Shown: positions 41,032 to 53,100 of the stretch, piece after piece
Layout: each line of letters starts with the position of its first letter
How positions within the stretch are numbered: the stretch's first letter is position 1
From: a virus
Lineage: Duplodnaviria; Caudoviricetes
DNA length: 58,727 nucleotides
Direction: 5' to 3' (one strand)
IMG/VR virus record: IMGVR_UViG_3300032287_001165
Span: 1-58,727 of that record
Program-made: the position numbers and the translations under genes
Notes under the pieces: model-generated
Databases searched by the model: none
Seen by the model: the letters and a program-made list of their open reading frames with translations, nothing else
Told to the model about the DNA's origin: nothing

Positions 41032-43941
41032 ATGACTCCGCTTGAGTTCCTAGCGGTGGTTCTTCCGTCCCCGGGTTTAGGCTCGTACTGTGCGGTAGAA
41101 CTCACAAAAAGAAAACAACATGTGTTCACGGACACAATTGAGGAACTGCAACCCCACATAGACGACTGGAACACCAACCACTGCGACATCTTCTATGCCG
41201 TATCTTGCTTCAGCGGTAAGAAACGCGACGCTGAGAAGGCCACACACATAAAGTCATTCTTTGTTGACTTGGATGGGTACGCTTCCAAAAAGGAAGCAGT
41301 GTTGGCGTTGGACGCATTTATGGCCAAGGTCGGACTGGATAAGCTTGGCAAGCCGTGGATTGTTGGTTCTGGTGGTGGGCTTCACTGCTACTGGCCGATT
41401 ACACGCGATATGACTATTGCTGAATGGCGACCTGTTGCGCAGAGCATAAAACTCCTGTGTAAACAAGAAGGCATGGTCATTGACATGAATGTCACCGCAG
41501 ATGCAGCGCGGTTGATGCGCATACCCGGCACGATGAACCACAAGAAGAAGTACACAGTACCGCTTCCTGTAAAGCTGTTGATGGAAGGTGACCTGTTTGA
41601 CTTCGATGCGTTTGCTGAAGTCATCAACTCCAACCTCAAAGAAAAAGCAGTGCCGCAACCTGACCCCATCATGTTGCCGGGGGCACGGCCAAAGAACGCC
41701 AAGACTGCCGCGCAAGTCAAGATGATGCAAAACAGTCGCACAGTCTTTGCCGAGTTTGAACCTCACTGCGCACAGATTGCCGACTACGTTGCCACCGCCC
41801 AAGACGACGGCAAAGAACCTGTGTGGAGGGCGTTGCTGTCATGGGCCAAGGTCTGTGATGACGGCGCGGAGAAAGCTGTATGGCTGTCAGAGCTACACCC
41901 ATACACGCCAGACAGGATGAACCAGAAGCTGGCAGAGATCAAGGGGCCGTACTCCTGCGTGGCGATGGACTCACTGAACCCCGGCATATGCACAGGTTGT
42001 CCACACTGGGGCAAGATCACAAACCCACTGATACTTGGGCGGGAGATCAAAGCTGACAACACCGAGAAGGTCATACCCATGACCACGGTCAGCGAAGACT
42101 TTGTTGAAGAAGACTTCTTTGCGCTGGAGGATGCACCAGACAGCGACGAGCCAGAACATATTGATGCAGTCAAGCGCCCACTGCCCCCACGCGGGTACAG
42201 CTACGGCGAGAACGGCGGCGTGTATTTTGTGAAGGTGGAGGAGGATGAGGACGGCAAGAAGTCCAAGAAGACTGTCCAGCTTGTTCCGTACGACTTGTTT
42301 GTGGTTGACCTGCTCAAGATGGAGAACGACCACTTGGTTCACATGGCCGCTGTGCGTCCCGAAGGCGTGCTGACACTGAACTTCCCACAGAAATCAATCG
42401 TGAGCAAGGACGAGACGCTCAAGTGGCTGGCCAGTCAGAACATCGTGTCCACATTTGCTGGTTACGACAAACAGCTTTACGAATACGTGCGAGCCTGTGT
42501 AGGTGAGGCGTCGCAAGCCAAGAAGCCCATCGTCATTCCATACCAATGTGGCTGGCAAGAGAACAACAGCTTTGTGTACAACAACCGCGTGTTCACCAAG
42601 GAGGGTACAGAGACCCGCATCCCGATGCCCGGCCTTGAGAACATCAACCGCAACACGTCAGGTGCTGGCAGTCTGGAGAACTGGCGCAAGCTGTGGCAGA
42701 CCATATTCGTGGACAAGCCCGGCATGGAGACGGCGTTGGCTGTGTGTCTGGACTCGTTTGGTGCGCCGCTGATGCGTTTCACAGAGTATGAAGGCTTCGT
42801 GTGGCACATCGGGTCACGCTGGTCTGGTACTGGTAAATCACTGGTGCTGAGCGCCAAGGCTGGTGTATGGGGCAACCCTCTGCGTTACAGAACAGGTAAG
42901 GGTACATCGCCCGTAGCCATGCAACAACGCGCTGGTCTGCTCAACAGCATGCCGCTTCTGATTGATGAGATCACGAATACCCAGCGTGCTGACATGGAGT
43001 GGGCACCAACGTTCATCTTTGACTTTGCTGAAGCGCAGGGCAAAGAGCGTATGGAGTCTGGCGCGAACAAAGAACGCATCAACAACACCACATGGAAGAC
43101 AACATGCACGATGACTTCCAACGAAAGCTTGACCGACTACATGGCGGGGGCAAGAAAGTTCAGCTCAAACGGTGAGCTGCTACGTATGCTGGAGTGGAAT
43201 CCCAACGTCAAGCTGGAGTGGACACCCAAGGAACGCGAAGTGCTGTTGATGATGAAGCACAACTACGGCGTGGCTGGCGAAGCTTGGATTAAGTGGCTGA
43301 CAAGAAACCAGCACATTGCAGAAGAAGTTGTGGCCAAGACGCACAAGCACCTGAAGAAAGTCATGGAGTTTGATGATGACGAGCGGTACTGGCATGCTGG
43401 CTGCACAGTGGTCGTTGCGGCGGCTGTCTTATTGCGCAGGGACTACGCCAACATTCTGGACGTTGAGGTGCAGAAAGTCATTGACGCTTTGAAAGTGCTT
43501 GTAGAGAAAGCCCGTGGGATTGTGCGTGGCAGTGTGCGCACCGCTGAGGATGTGTTGAACGCCTACACCGGAGACAACTACGGCAACTTCATCATCATCA
43601 AGAAAGCCGAAGGCCGCCTCATGGCCGCATGGGGGGATGGTGAGACGGTTGACAAGTCGATCACAAGGTCAAAAGTACTGGGGCGTGTTGAGCACGGCAC
43701 GCTTGCCGACGGGTTCAGGGAGTATTACATTGAGGAACAACTGCTCAGGAAGCACTGCGTCAGCATGAGTTTCAGCTACGACGATTTTAAGAAGCAGATG
43801 GAGAAGATGTTCCGCGTCAAATACTCCAAGAAAGATATGCTGGGCAAGACCAACGGCCCGTCAATGCGCGTCAATGCAATGCACATAACTTTTGAGGAAG
43901 AGCATTTCAATGGAAATAATCTATCCGTGGGCGACACTTAA
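41032..43941 (+). CDS. Primase-helicase (AEP/RepB-like primase + DUF927 + P-loop helicase)
   Basis: VDLD, SGGGLHCYW, RLMRIPGT; Cys cluster; GTGKS, LIDE. Confidence 0.85.
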   Translation: MTPLEFLAVVLPSPGLGSYCAVELTKRKQHVFTDTIEELQPHIDDWNTNHCDIFYAVSCFSGKKRDAEKATHIKSFFVDLDGYASKKEAVLALDAFMAKVGLDKLGKPWIVGSGGGLHCYWPITRDMTIAEWRPVAQSIKLLCKQEGMVIDMNVTADAARLMRIPGTMNHKKKYTVPLPVKLLMEGDLFDFDAFAEVINSNLKEKAVPQPDPIMLPGARPKNAKTAAQVKMMQNSRTVFAEFEPHCAQIADYVATAQDDGKEPVWRALLSWAKVCDDGAEKAVWLSELHPYTPDRMNQKLAEIKGPYSCVAMDSLNPGICTGCPHWGKITNPLILGREIKADNTEKVIPMTTVSEDFVEEDFFALEDAPDSDEPEHIDAVKRPLPPRGYSYGENGGVYFVKVEEDEDGKKSKKTVQLVPYDLFVVDLLKMENDHLVHMAAVRPEGVLTLNFPQKSIVSKDETLKWLASQNIVSTFAGYDKQLYEYVRACVGEASQAKKPIVIPYQCGWQENNSFVYNNRVFTKEGTETRIPMPGLENINRNTSGAGSLENWRKLWQTIFVDKPGMETALAVCLDSFGAPLMRFTEYEGFVWHIGSRWSGTGKSLVLSAKAGVWGNPLRYRTGKGTSPVAMQQRAGLLNSMPLLIDEITNTQRADMEWAPTFIFDFAEAQGKERMESGANKERINNTTWKTTCTMTSNESLTDYMAGARKFSSNGELLRMLEWNPNVKLEWTPKEREVLLMMKHNYGVAGEAWIKWLTRNQHIAEEVVAKTHKHLKKVMEFDDDERYWHAGCTVVVAAAVLLRRDYANILDVEVQKVIDALKVLVEKARGIVRGSVRTAEDVLNAYTGDNYGNFIIIKKAEGRLMAAWGDGETVDKSITRSKVLGRVEHGTLADGFREYYIEEQLLRKHCVSMSFSYDDFKKQMEKMFRVKYSKKDMLGKTNGPSMRVNAMHITFEEEHFNGNNLSVGDT

Positions 43942-44128
43942 ACCGGGCGAGGGGTTTTTTGTTCCCGGACTGGACGTAGAAAAGGTAAGGGAGTTGGGGC
44001 TACGCGCCTCAATTCCCTACAAGTACCGCACTCAAGCGTTTGTTGGCATCAGAAAGGGATTGATAGGTGTATGGTTTTATCGGAAACCTCTCTCACCGTT
44101 TGAGCTACGGCGATCTTTATCTTCCTGA
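43910..44128 (+). CDS. Small conserved phage protein (YPWATLKPGEGFFVP)
   Basis: GAGG RBS; last plus-strand gene. Confidence 0.65.
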   Translation: MEIIYPWATLKPGEGFFVPGLDVEKVRELGLRASIPYKYRTQAFVGIRKGLIGVWFYRKPLSPFELRRSLSS

Positions 44129-47100
44129 TCTGGTCAAGTTGCTCACGCTTGGCTTCTGGTGTCATGCTTGATGCGGTGATTGCACGTTCGGCCTGAGTCA
44201 ACTTGTTCATGTTTGCTTTGAACTTGTTGGCCAAGTCTGCTTGCATGTATTCGTTGCCACGACGTTGGAGCAAGTCTTTGGCTTCCGACATACGCCCTTC
44301 CGCAACCATCCTGTCGAACGACTGTTTGACTTTGAGGTTCTCGTTCATGCGCTCATACACACTGTTGATGATGCCGCCAGCGTCGTTGGGTTGGAATGCC
44401 CCGCCAATGATTGGGTAGTCCGACAGCCGCTTGACCGCTTGCTCAGGAGTCTCACCTGTTGGTACGCCAACACTGAGTGCGTGCATGAACGCCAAGCCCA
44501 TCGTGCCTGTGTAGCCGCTGATGAGTTGCTCAAACACGATTGGGGAGATACCGAAAGCCTTACCGACCGACTTGGCCAGCTCAGATGTATTGGCGCGGAA
44601 CTGTTCTTCTGGTAACAGTTCTTTCTCCCGCGCAGACAGGATGTCCCTGCCTGTGTAGAACGACTTGCCAAGACCTGCCTCAATGGCGGGTTTCAAAGCC
44701 TGAGGTATGCCATAGGACGAACCGCCGGGGACTGTCTGCAACAAAATTTGTTTGAACGCCTTGACTGCTTCTTCGCCGCCATGCTCGTTGACCATGCTGT
44801 TGTACAGCGCCTCCGGCAATGCTTTGAAGATGTATCCAATCTCAAATGGGACGGGGATGCGCACAGGTTCATCCAGTCCGGGCACTCTCACAAACCAGTT
44901 GCCGTATTTCTGGTCAGGGGTAGCGTTCTTGTACGCGTCGTCGTCCTGCATCAAGGCGGCGTAGGCGAGGCTGGCAACAGCCATCATGGCTCCACGTTGC
45001 AACAACTTCTCACGGATACGCACCTGATCGTTGAACGGCATCTTGCCCATCGACGCTTTGTACAGCACGTTCAGACCTTGAATCTGGGCGTTGAAGAACG
45101 GGATCAGCGAATTGGCCACATGAACTGATGGGGATGCGCCACGCTTGTTAAAGTTCATGGACTCCAACGCCAGCAGTGTTGCCTCCATCTCAGACAGACC
45201 CTGCTCAATGTAGCTGTTGTACTGTGCACGACGTGTTGTGGCATCTGCCTCCATGCTCATGGCTTCAAGCTTACCCAGCGCAGTCATCCAACCCGGTTTG
45301 CCCTCAGCTACGTCACGCAGAATCTTGGTCAGGTCTGCGGCTCCACCAGTAAATTGCTGCCCACCAGTAACACCACGGCGCTCAAGTGTCTTTTTGGTTG
45401 TGGAGTTCAGTTCTTTCAATGCACCAATGACCGGCATAAAGTCTGCGCCAGAAAGAATAGGCGCGGCCAAGGAGTCACGGAACAATTGTTTTGCTGTGTA
45501 CAGCGGGCTGATGGTAATTGCTTTACGCAACAACTGAGATGGCATCGCCATTACACGCAGCATTGTGGGCATTTGTGTGGGAATACCCTTCATGCCTTTG
45601 ACCAGTATGTCGGCGGGCACACCAGTATCAAACTCTTTGTTGCCGATCTTGACTTTCTCGGTAGCAATCACAGCATAGCGATCTTTGCCGTCATCACGAA
45701 ACTTAACTACGTCAGGGCCGTCCGCAATTTTCACAAACTTAGCAGCTTTGAGATCAACCAATTCAAACACAGCGTTCTTGGTAGCCAAATTACGCATACC
45801 CATGTCCATCAACATGTTGGTGTTCTGCACCGAGCTTGTCATGAAATCAAGGATGGGTTTGTCGCCACCTATCAACTCATGTAAGTACGGTTGTTCAGCA
45901 ATACTGCCAATGCGGATGGGGGACTCGCCACCAATTAAAAGCTCGGCCACGCCGTTGCGTTCACGATAAAACGGGATGTAATCGTTCTCACTTAACAAAC
46001 GCTTGGCCACATCTTTAGACAAAGCACCAGTGCTAACAACAAACTCAACCAAGTTGCGGTTGTACGCGTTGTACTCATCTCGCGCAAGTTTAAGCACATC
46101 CTCTAGGCCGGGTGTAGCCTTGATGGCGGCCATAGTGTCATCCAGCAGTTCTTGAGTCACATCTTCACCAAAATTCAACGTGCTCAGCCCTTTGTTCTTT
46201 GCGCGAAGTGCGGCCATATACAAAGTAAAAACACTGTTCACAGCTTCTGCGTTGCCCACCATAGGTTGTGCGTCTTTCAGAATCTGCACCACGTTGTGAA
46301 TGTTGGCGCTTTCCTTGCTCTCTATCACACGCTCAACACGCCCATCTGGGCGAGTCTTCTCCACGATTGCAGGTGCGCCGTTGGAGATTGCTTGCGACAC
46401 AAAGTTCATGCGCTGGTCGTACATGCGCAAGTAGTACAGCATCTGCGTGCCTTTGAGTGGCTCCATGTATTTGGCCAAACGCTCGAAGCCTGCAAACCTG
46501 TCCACAAGCTGTGTCTCAAAAGCCAGACCGGTCAAGTTGGCTTTAATTTTCTGCCACAAACTTCTGTCCTTGGCCACAATCTTTTTGATAAAACCGCCAC
46601 GCTTGGCAATCTCAGGGTTTGTGAAATCTGCGGCACGCGAGAACAGTATCTCGCCTTTTTGCATTGGTTGTGTTTGATTGATTGGGTTGATGTCAGTAGC
46701 GATGATCTGCGCACCTTCATCTTTATCACCAAAGTCAACATAGTTGTATGTACCGGGTACTCCTGAGCTTGTAGCAGAATATCTTGATACACCATCAAAA
46801 AACTTAATACCCGCAACACCTTCAGCGTGCAACATCTCAGATGCAAACATGTCGCACAACTCACTTGGCATACCGTTTTGTTCAAGCACGGCACCTAAAG
46901 CGTTATACAAATCACGCCCATTTTGTCGGTCTGCCCGCACATGGCCTATTGAACGGTTAAACACTGCTTGTTGTTTTTTGTCCAATGAATCGTAAATGCG
47001 TTTGAACGCGTCTTTAACAACTTCTGGTTGTTTGTCTGCGTGGCTATCATAAAGAATGTACTCGTTTTCTGGACGCGTATGCAATGTGCGCATCATGTAG

Positions 47101-50100
47101 CCTGCTGGCTCAGGTACAGGTGGTGCCGACGCAGGGTTATATTGGAAATCGTTTACATCAAACGCATCAATAGCGTTTACAGTTTCTTTTGCTTCGTCGT
47201 ACACTTGTTTTGTGTAGGGGTCTTTTCCATAAGTAAAACGCTTAAAGAAATCTTCAAATTCTTTTAATGTTTTGGTTTCTTCGGTTTTCACACGGGCAAT
47301 AGCTTCTTTCCAAGACGGCGGTACACCGTCGTTGGCATCCATCATTTTTTCAAATGCGTGTATAACTTTTGCGGCAGCTATGTTTGTTTTATACGTGTCA
47401 ATGTAATCTTTGCCTCTGTAAACAGGCGCGTAATAAACAGCTGCCAAATCTGCATCTGCCGTTTCTGCAAACTTTTTAAGTTCTTGAATTTTTTTATCTA
47501 CTTCTTCAAGTGATAATCCGCGCATCCATTCAACACGCCAGCTTGTAGGTTTTGCTACTGTTTTTACGGCAACAGGCCCGTACCCGTAGTTTCTAATTGG
47601 GGTAGCAGTTACGCGTGTAGGCGTACCCATTGCCCTAACTTGTGCTGCGGTTATAGGTATAGCAGTTCGCGTTGGTTTTGCAGATGCGGGTAAATTTGCT
47701 AAAGGATATTTTGGTTTCTCCGCCTCAATGTTTTCTATTTCGCCTTGAATCGCTTCTTTAAAAACTTTATGTGGGTTTTCAATGCCGTTTGCGTTACCCG
47801 CTTCGCGCAAAGGCATATTTAAAAACTGTTCTGGAATACCTGCTGGCAGTTTACCTACAAATCTGGGTTTTTGGCTTTCAAACCATGCTTGTATATCCGG
47901 GCGATCAATCCATTGGTCATAAAGGCCGCCTATTTTTGTAACTGCTTCTACACGGTAAGATTCAGCAGTGCCGTATTTTTGTGCGCGATATGTTCCCCAA
48001 CCATATGATTGGGCTTTTGAACCCGTGTTCATATACGTATGGTCAAACATATCAAACTTGACGCCTGTACCGTGCCAAGTTCCTTTGAGTTCAAGGTGTG
48101 CCGCGCCGTAGGCAAAGTTCACCAAGTCTCCAGCAGTCAAGTTTTTGGCGCTGATACCAAACTTCTCAAGCGCTTTTCTAAACCCATCCACCACCATCTT
48201 CAACCAGTTCTTGACTGCGTTGCCGCCTTTAACACCGACAGGCTCAACACCCATCTGCATAGCTTCTTCAACAGCGTATGCCAACAACTCATCGTCAATC
48301 TGGTGTGGGGGAGTGTTAGCAGCCTCAACCCTGCGCACGGCGGCTTTACCAACACGCGCCTCCATTGAGTCTTCAGTTTTGTTTGCCCAGTTCTTGACTG
48401 TTTTGACCAACGCGTTGTACTGGCCTTCGTTAAAGAAGTTGCGGAACCCCATGTGCACGCCAACTTCGTGGAGCAGCACGCCAAGTCCGTGGCCTTTACC
48501 GATGTTGTTGGCAAACAGTACCGCTTTGCCGTTTTGTACAAAGCCTTTGGCATCTGCTGGAATTAAACCCTCGTATTCAGATTTGCCTGTACTTTTTAAT
48601 TTTGGTTGCTTATCAAGAAAATCTTGAACACTCTCATACACCGCCAATTTATTGGACACCAGCGCTTCAACCTTACGCCCAGTCACAGGCTCGCCCATAC
48701 CGGCGGTGAGTTCTGCTTCAAGCTCAGCCTTGGTCAGACCTTTTACGGGGGTGCCGCGAGAGAACTCAAAGTCATCAAACAACCCCATGTTGGGGTCAAG
48801 CATTTTTCCTTGCTTGCGTTTGCTTGGTTCTTTTAACTGTGGTGCTTTGGTACCAAAAATCTTTTTGGACAAGTCATTGGCATCGCGTATCTCAGCGCGA
48901 TTCATCTCATCCAGTTCTTCTGGCGTAAGTGCTTTAGTTACGCCTGACCCAGTGCGAAATGGCTTAGCCGCCGCCAACGCGGCGGTGCTCGGCACAGTAG
49001 CAGCCTTTGGTTCGGGAGCAGGTTTGCCTGCAAGGAACACTTCTTTCTGCGCTTCCAACGAAGCCAGCTTTTGCATAGCGCCCAACTTGAGCGTAGCTTG
49101 TACACGTTTGACGTTGGTTGTCTTGGGGTCGGCCATGATGTCGGCCAACTGATCCATGTTCTCAGGCCCCATGAACGACTGCACTTCACCACGTGCGTCA
49201 AAGATCTCGTCATCAAATATTTGAGTTTGTTTGTCTTTGACGCGTTGAAGCACTTCGGCTTCATCAACTTCTTTGGCTGCTTGCATGCCTTTGTCACGCA
49301 GATCATCAAGGCGCTTCTGCTCAGGCGTGCTGATCTCAGCAACTTTGCGGCCTTTTTCAAACACTGCGCCGGGCAAGTCTTTAACGCTGATGCCGTCTTT
49401 CTTGAACGCAGCAGTGACTTTGGGCCACCAGACCTGCACATCTTTCTGGAACTCTTCTGCACGTTTTTGCGCTTCGTCTACAGCAGCCTGCTGTGCTTTT
49501 ACTTGCGATTCCAAACGCTGTGCGGCAAACGGGTATTTGAGTTTACCTAGCGCACCCACTCTACCAGTCTCAACAGCCGTCAGTGGCTCCTTGCGCATAG
49601 TTGCAAGTTGACGCTCAAGCAACTCCAAGTACTCCCGTTCTGCCTTGAGGTCTTTGTCCAGCATTGCTTCAGTGACGACAACATCGTTTTCAATTTCACC
49701 AAAGCGTGCTTCTTGCAGGTCGGCCAGTTCTGTTTCAGCCGCCTCAATGTTCTCAACAAGCCCTTGAACTTTTTGCAAGTTGTTAATCAGGTTTGGCGCT
49801 TGGCCAGTACCCTCAGTCATTTCTTTCTTAGCCGCTTCAATCTGCGACTCAACTGTGGCCAGACGTGTCTTAGCAGCTTTCAAAGCACGACGTGCGCGTT
49901 CAATTTCAGGGTCAAGCAACTCACCCAACGTATTAGACAGGCGTTGACGGGCTTTGCCCATCGCCTTGGCCATGGCATCTTTGTAAGCGCCGCGTTGTGA
50001 TTGCAACGCAATTTCGGAGTCAAGCATTGCGCGTTGACCGTCAGTCAAAAAAACAGAGTTACGCAAACTGTCTTTGATGAGCTTTAACTTTTCCAGTAGT

Positions 50101-53100
50101 GGTTCAACAGTTTTGCGAGCTGCTTCTGATTGTTTACGCACAGCCGCATTACTGTCTTGCATCAGTTCAACTAAACGGTTGTTTGTGCTTTCAAGACGTT
50201 GCCCCAATGAAAGTGCTTGCAGAGCCTGCTTAACGTTCTTTTCGTACTCAGGAATTTTGTTTGTGTTGAAGTCTTGAATTAACTTGTTTACTTTTTGTTT
50301 TTGTTCTTCAGTAAACACAGACATTGCTTTTTCTTGTTGCGCAGCCGTCTTACCAATATTTTGTCTGGATACTTGCAAGTAACGATCCATCAGCAGCTTG
50401 TCTTCTTTTGTAACGCCTGCTTCTGGATATGACGCAAACATTTTTGCAATGTCTGCGTTCGAGTACTTGCCAATATTGAAGTCTCCCGGCTTAAGCAGGA
50501 AAAACTGCATTTGATTTTTAATGGCTTCAAGTTGTTCTTCTATTGCTTCAACTTGCGCAAAGCCTTGTTTGTCTCTGGCAGAACGTGCTTTTTGTTTGGC
50601 TTCTGTTTTTGCTTTGACTTTGCGTGCTTGCGCTAACGCTTCCCACACAGGTTTGATTTGTGGGGACTTGGCAAAGTTGGCGGCAGTGGCGCGGATGTAC
50701 CCCAGCTCTTTACGTGTTTCAGGGAACAACTGGCCTTGACCTTTTTCGCCTTCTCCAACCGCTTCACCTTCCTGAGCTGTACGTTCATACAGCTTAATGG
50801 CATCTTGAAGCTCACGCAATGAGCTACCTTCGGGTGCCAGTTCGGCTTCGTAACTTACCGTTTTGTATTTGCGCCCACGTTCTCCAAAGCGTGTTTCTGC
50901 TTCTCTGCCGGGGACATTCTCTACAACGCGTTTGCCGGAAACTGCTTCGCGTTTTGTGTATACCTGTTTGCCAAGGTCTTCGCCGCGCAAAATGCGGGCG
51001 GCTTGATTCTGGGCTGCGTCCAACAATGTTTTGCTGGCTTTGCCGTCGTCAATGATTTCTTTGGCACGTTCCAGTGAGTTTTGAATTTCTTCCGGCGGGT
51101 TGCGTGTCAGCGCTTTGTCTATCATGTTGCCCACGTATTCACGTAGGCGGCGCATTTCTCCACCAGTCGTCTTGGCTGTTTCACCACGGGCTTCGGCAAC
51201 CTTTTGCGCTTCAGTGGCGGCAAACTGTTGTTTCAGTACAGGAACTTCGCGGGTAGCTGTGGATGGCAGTTGGGATAAGTTGTCAACAACTTTGGCAATC
51301 TGGGCTTTGAAATGCTTGACTTCCTTGTCGCTCAGACGGGCAATCTCATTCAACGGCGTGGTGGCCAGATCACGGGTCTTCAAAACACGTTTGGTAACAG
51401 CGCCACGGATAAGTTTGTTTGCCCGCATCTGCGCTGGCTGCACCACTACTTCTTCAAGCTCAGGTTTCACAGGCGCTGCCTGTGCACGGCTCAACCATTC
51501 ACCCACCACATCATGAATGCGCGACGCGGCCTTGATAGCTTCGTCGTAAGTCAGTTCGGGTTTACCCGAAACACGGCGGTGGATGGCAGCTTCTTCCAAC
51601 ACGGCAGATATGTACTTGCCACGGGCTTCTTCAGCTTGCTTGGCCAACATTTCGGGGGTGGCAGCAGCCACACCTTTGCCGGGTTCTACACCTTCTCTGC
51701 CCAAAGCATCACCACGGCGCAGGCGGTCAATCTTGTCTTCAATCGTGTTTAAAGCCGTGTTTTGTTCATTTCGTACACGCAGTACTTCCCGGGCATAAAC
51801 GCTGGCTTGTGGGCTTGTTTTGGCGCTGGGGAAACGCCCTTTTGTCAGTTCTCCAGCAGGTGTGGGTTCTGCAAAAGCGTTGATTTGCTCAAGTGCCTGA
51901 TTGCCTCTTTCAAATGCTGCGGTTGCAGCGTCACGGTTGTTTGAACGCAGTGCGGCATCTCTGTCCGTATTAGCTTGGTCTATTTCATCCAGCAACGTGT
52001 TTATCTTTTCCCGCGAACGTTCTGCCATTTTGGGCTGCGTGAACGGTTTCAGCTCAGGGTTTACCGCTATGACTGGGGGTTTACCTTCAGCAATCTTCTC
52101 CAGCTTCGGCTCGACCATGTACTTAAAGAACATGTCATCACCAACGTCATCACGCTGGCTCTTGAGGTCGTCCATGTAAGACGTAAACGCCTGTACTTGC
52201 GGAGATTCTTCTGTCGGTTGAGGCACACCAAACGCGGTCTTGCGTGCGCCCATTTCTTGTTCAAAGGCGGTTTTTTCAGCGGTGGCTTTCTCTTTACGCG
52301 CAGGCGCAAGTTGCAATTTCAGCGCGTCCAACACCGCAGAATTACGCACACCGGTGGGCAATCCGGGCAGTTGCATTCTGTTGCGTTCAATGTCTTCAGC
52401 CAAGTTGGGGTTACGCATCAGGTATGCGACGTAGTCGGCCACCGCTGCGTTGGGGGCTTTCTCACTGGCAAGTTGCTGGTTGTTGGCCAACTGAATACTC
52501 TCAGCGGCATACCGCGTCGCAGCATCTTCCGCCTTCGGTGCCGTGGGCGGCACGATTTCTTGGTCGTAATACATCCGTGGTTCGGATGGCGCTTGTGCGG
52601 CTTCTTCTGGCTTCAAACCCAACGCATACTCGTACGGGGTCAGCTTGGCAACCTTCTCTTCTTCAGCAGCACGTTTCAGAATAGGCTTGACACGTACATA
52701 CTCATCCGCCAACGGTTTGAGTTCTTTGTTTATGGCTTCAATCTGGCGATTGATTTCGCGGTTGTTTGCATAGTCCGTTTCTGGGGATATGCCTTTCTTT
52801 ATGGGGATCAGCTGCGACTTGAGCGCCTTACGCTGGGCTTCCAAGTCCTGCGTCTTCTGGAACACTTCTTGGGCGTACTCAGGGCTGTTCAGCCGTATCT
52901 TTTCTTCTTCCTGCTGTTTCTCAGCTTCAGCACGGGCTTGCTTCACCTCATCTGTAAGCGGAGTTGTGGGCGCACGGCGACCGATAGCTAAGTCCAACAA
53001 CCCTTGTGCCAACGCACCGACTGCACCGCCGTAGGCAGCAGACTCACCAACCTGCTCAATGATTTCTTGCTCAGGTTTATATATACCTTTGGTAATAATG

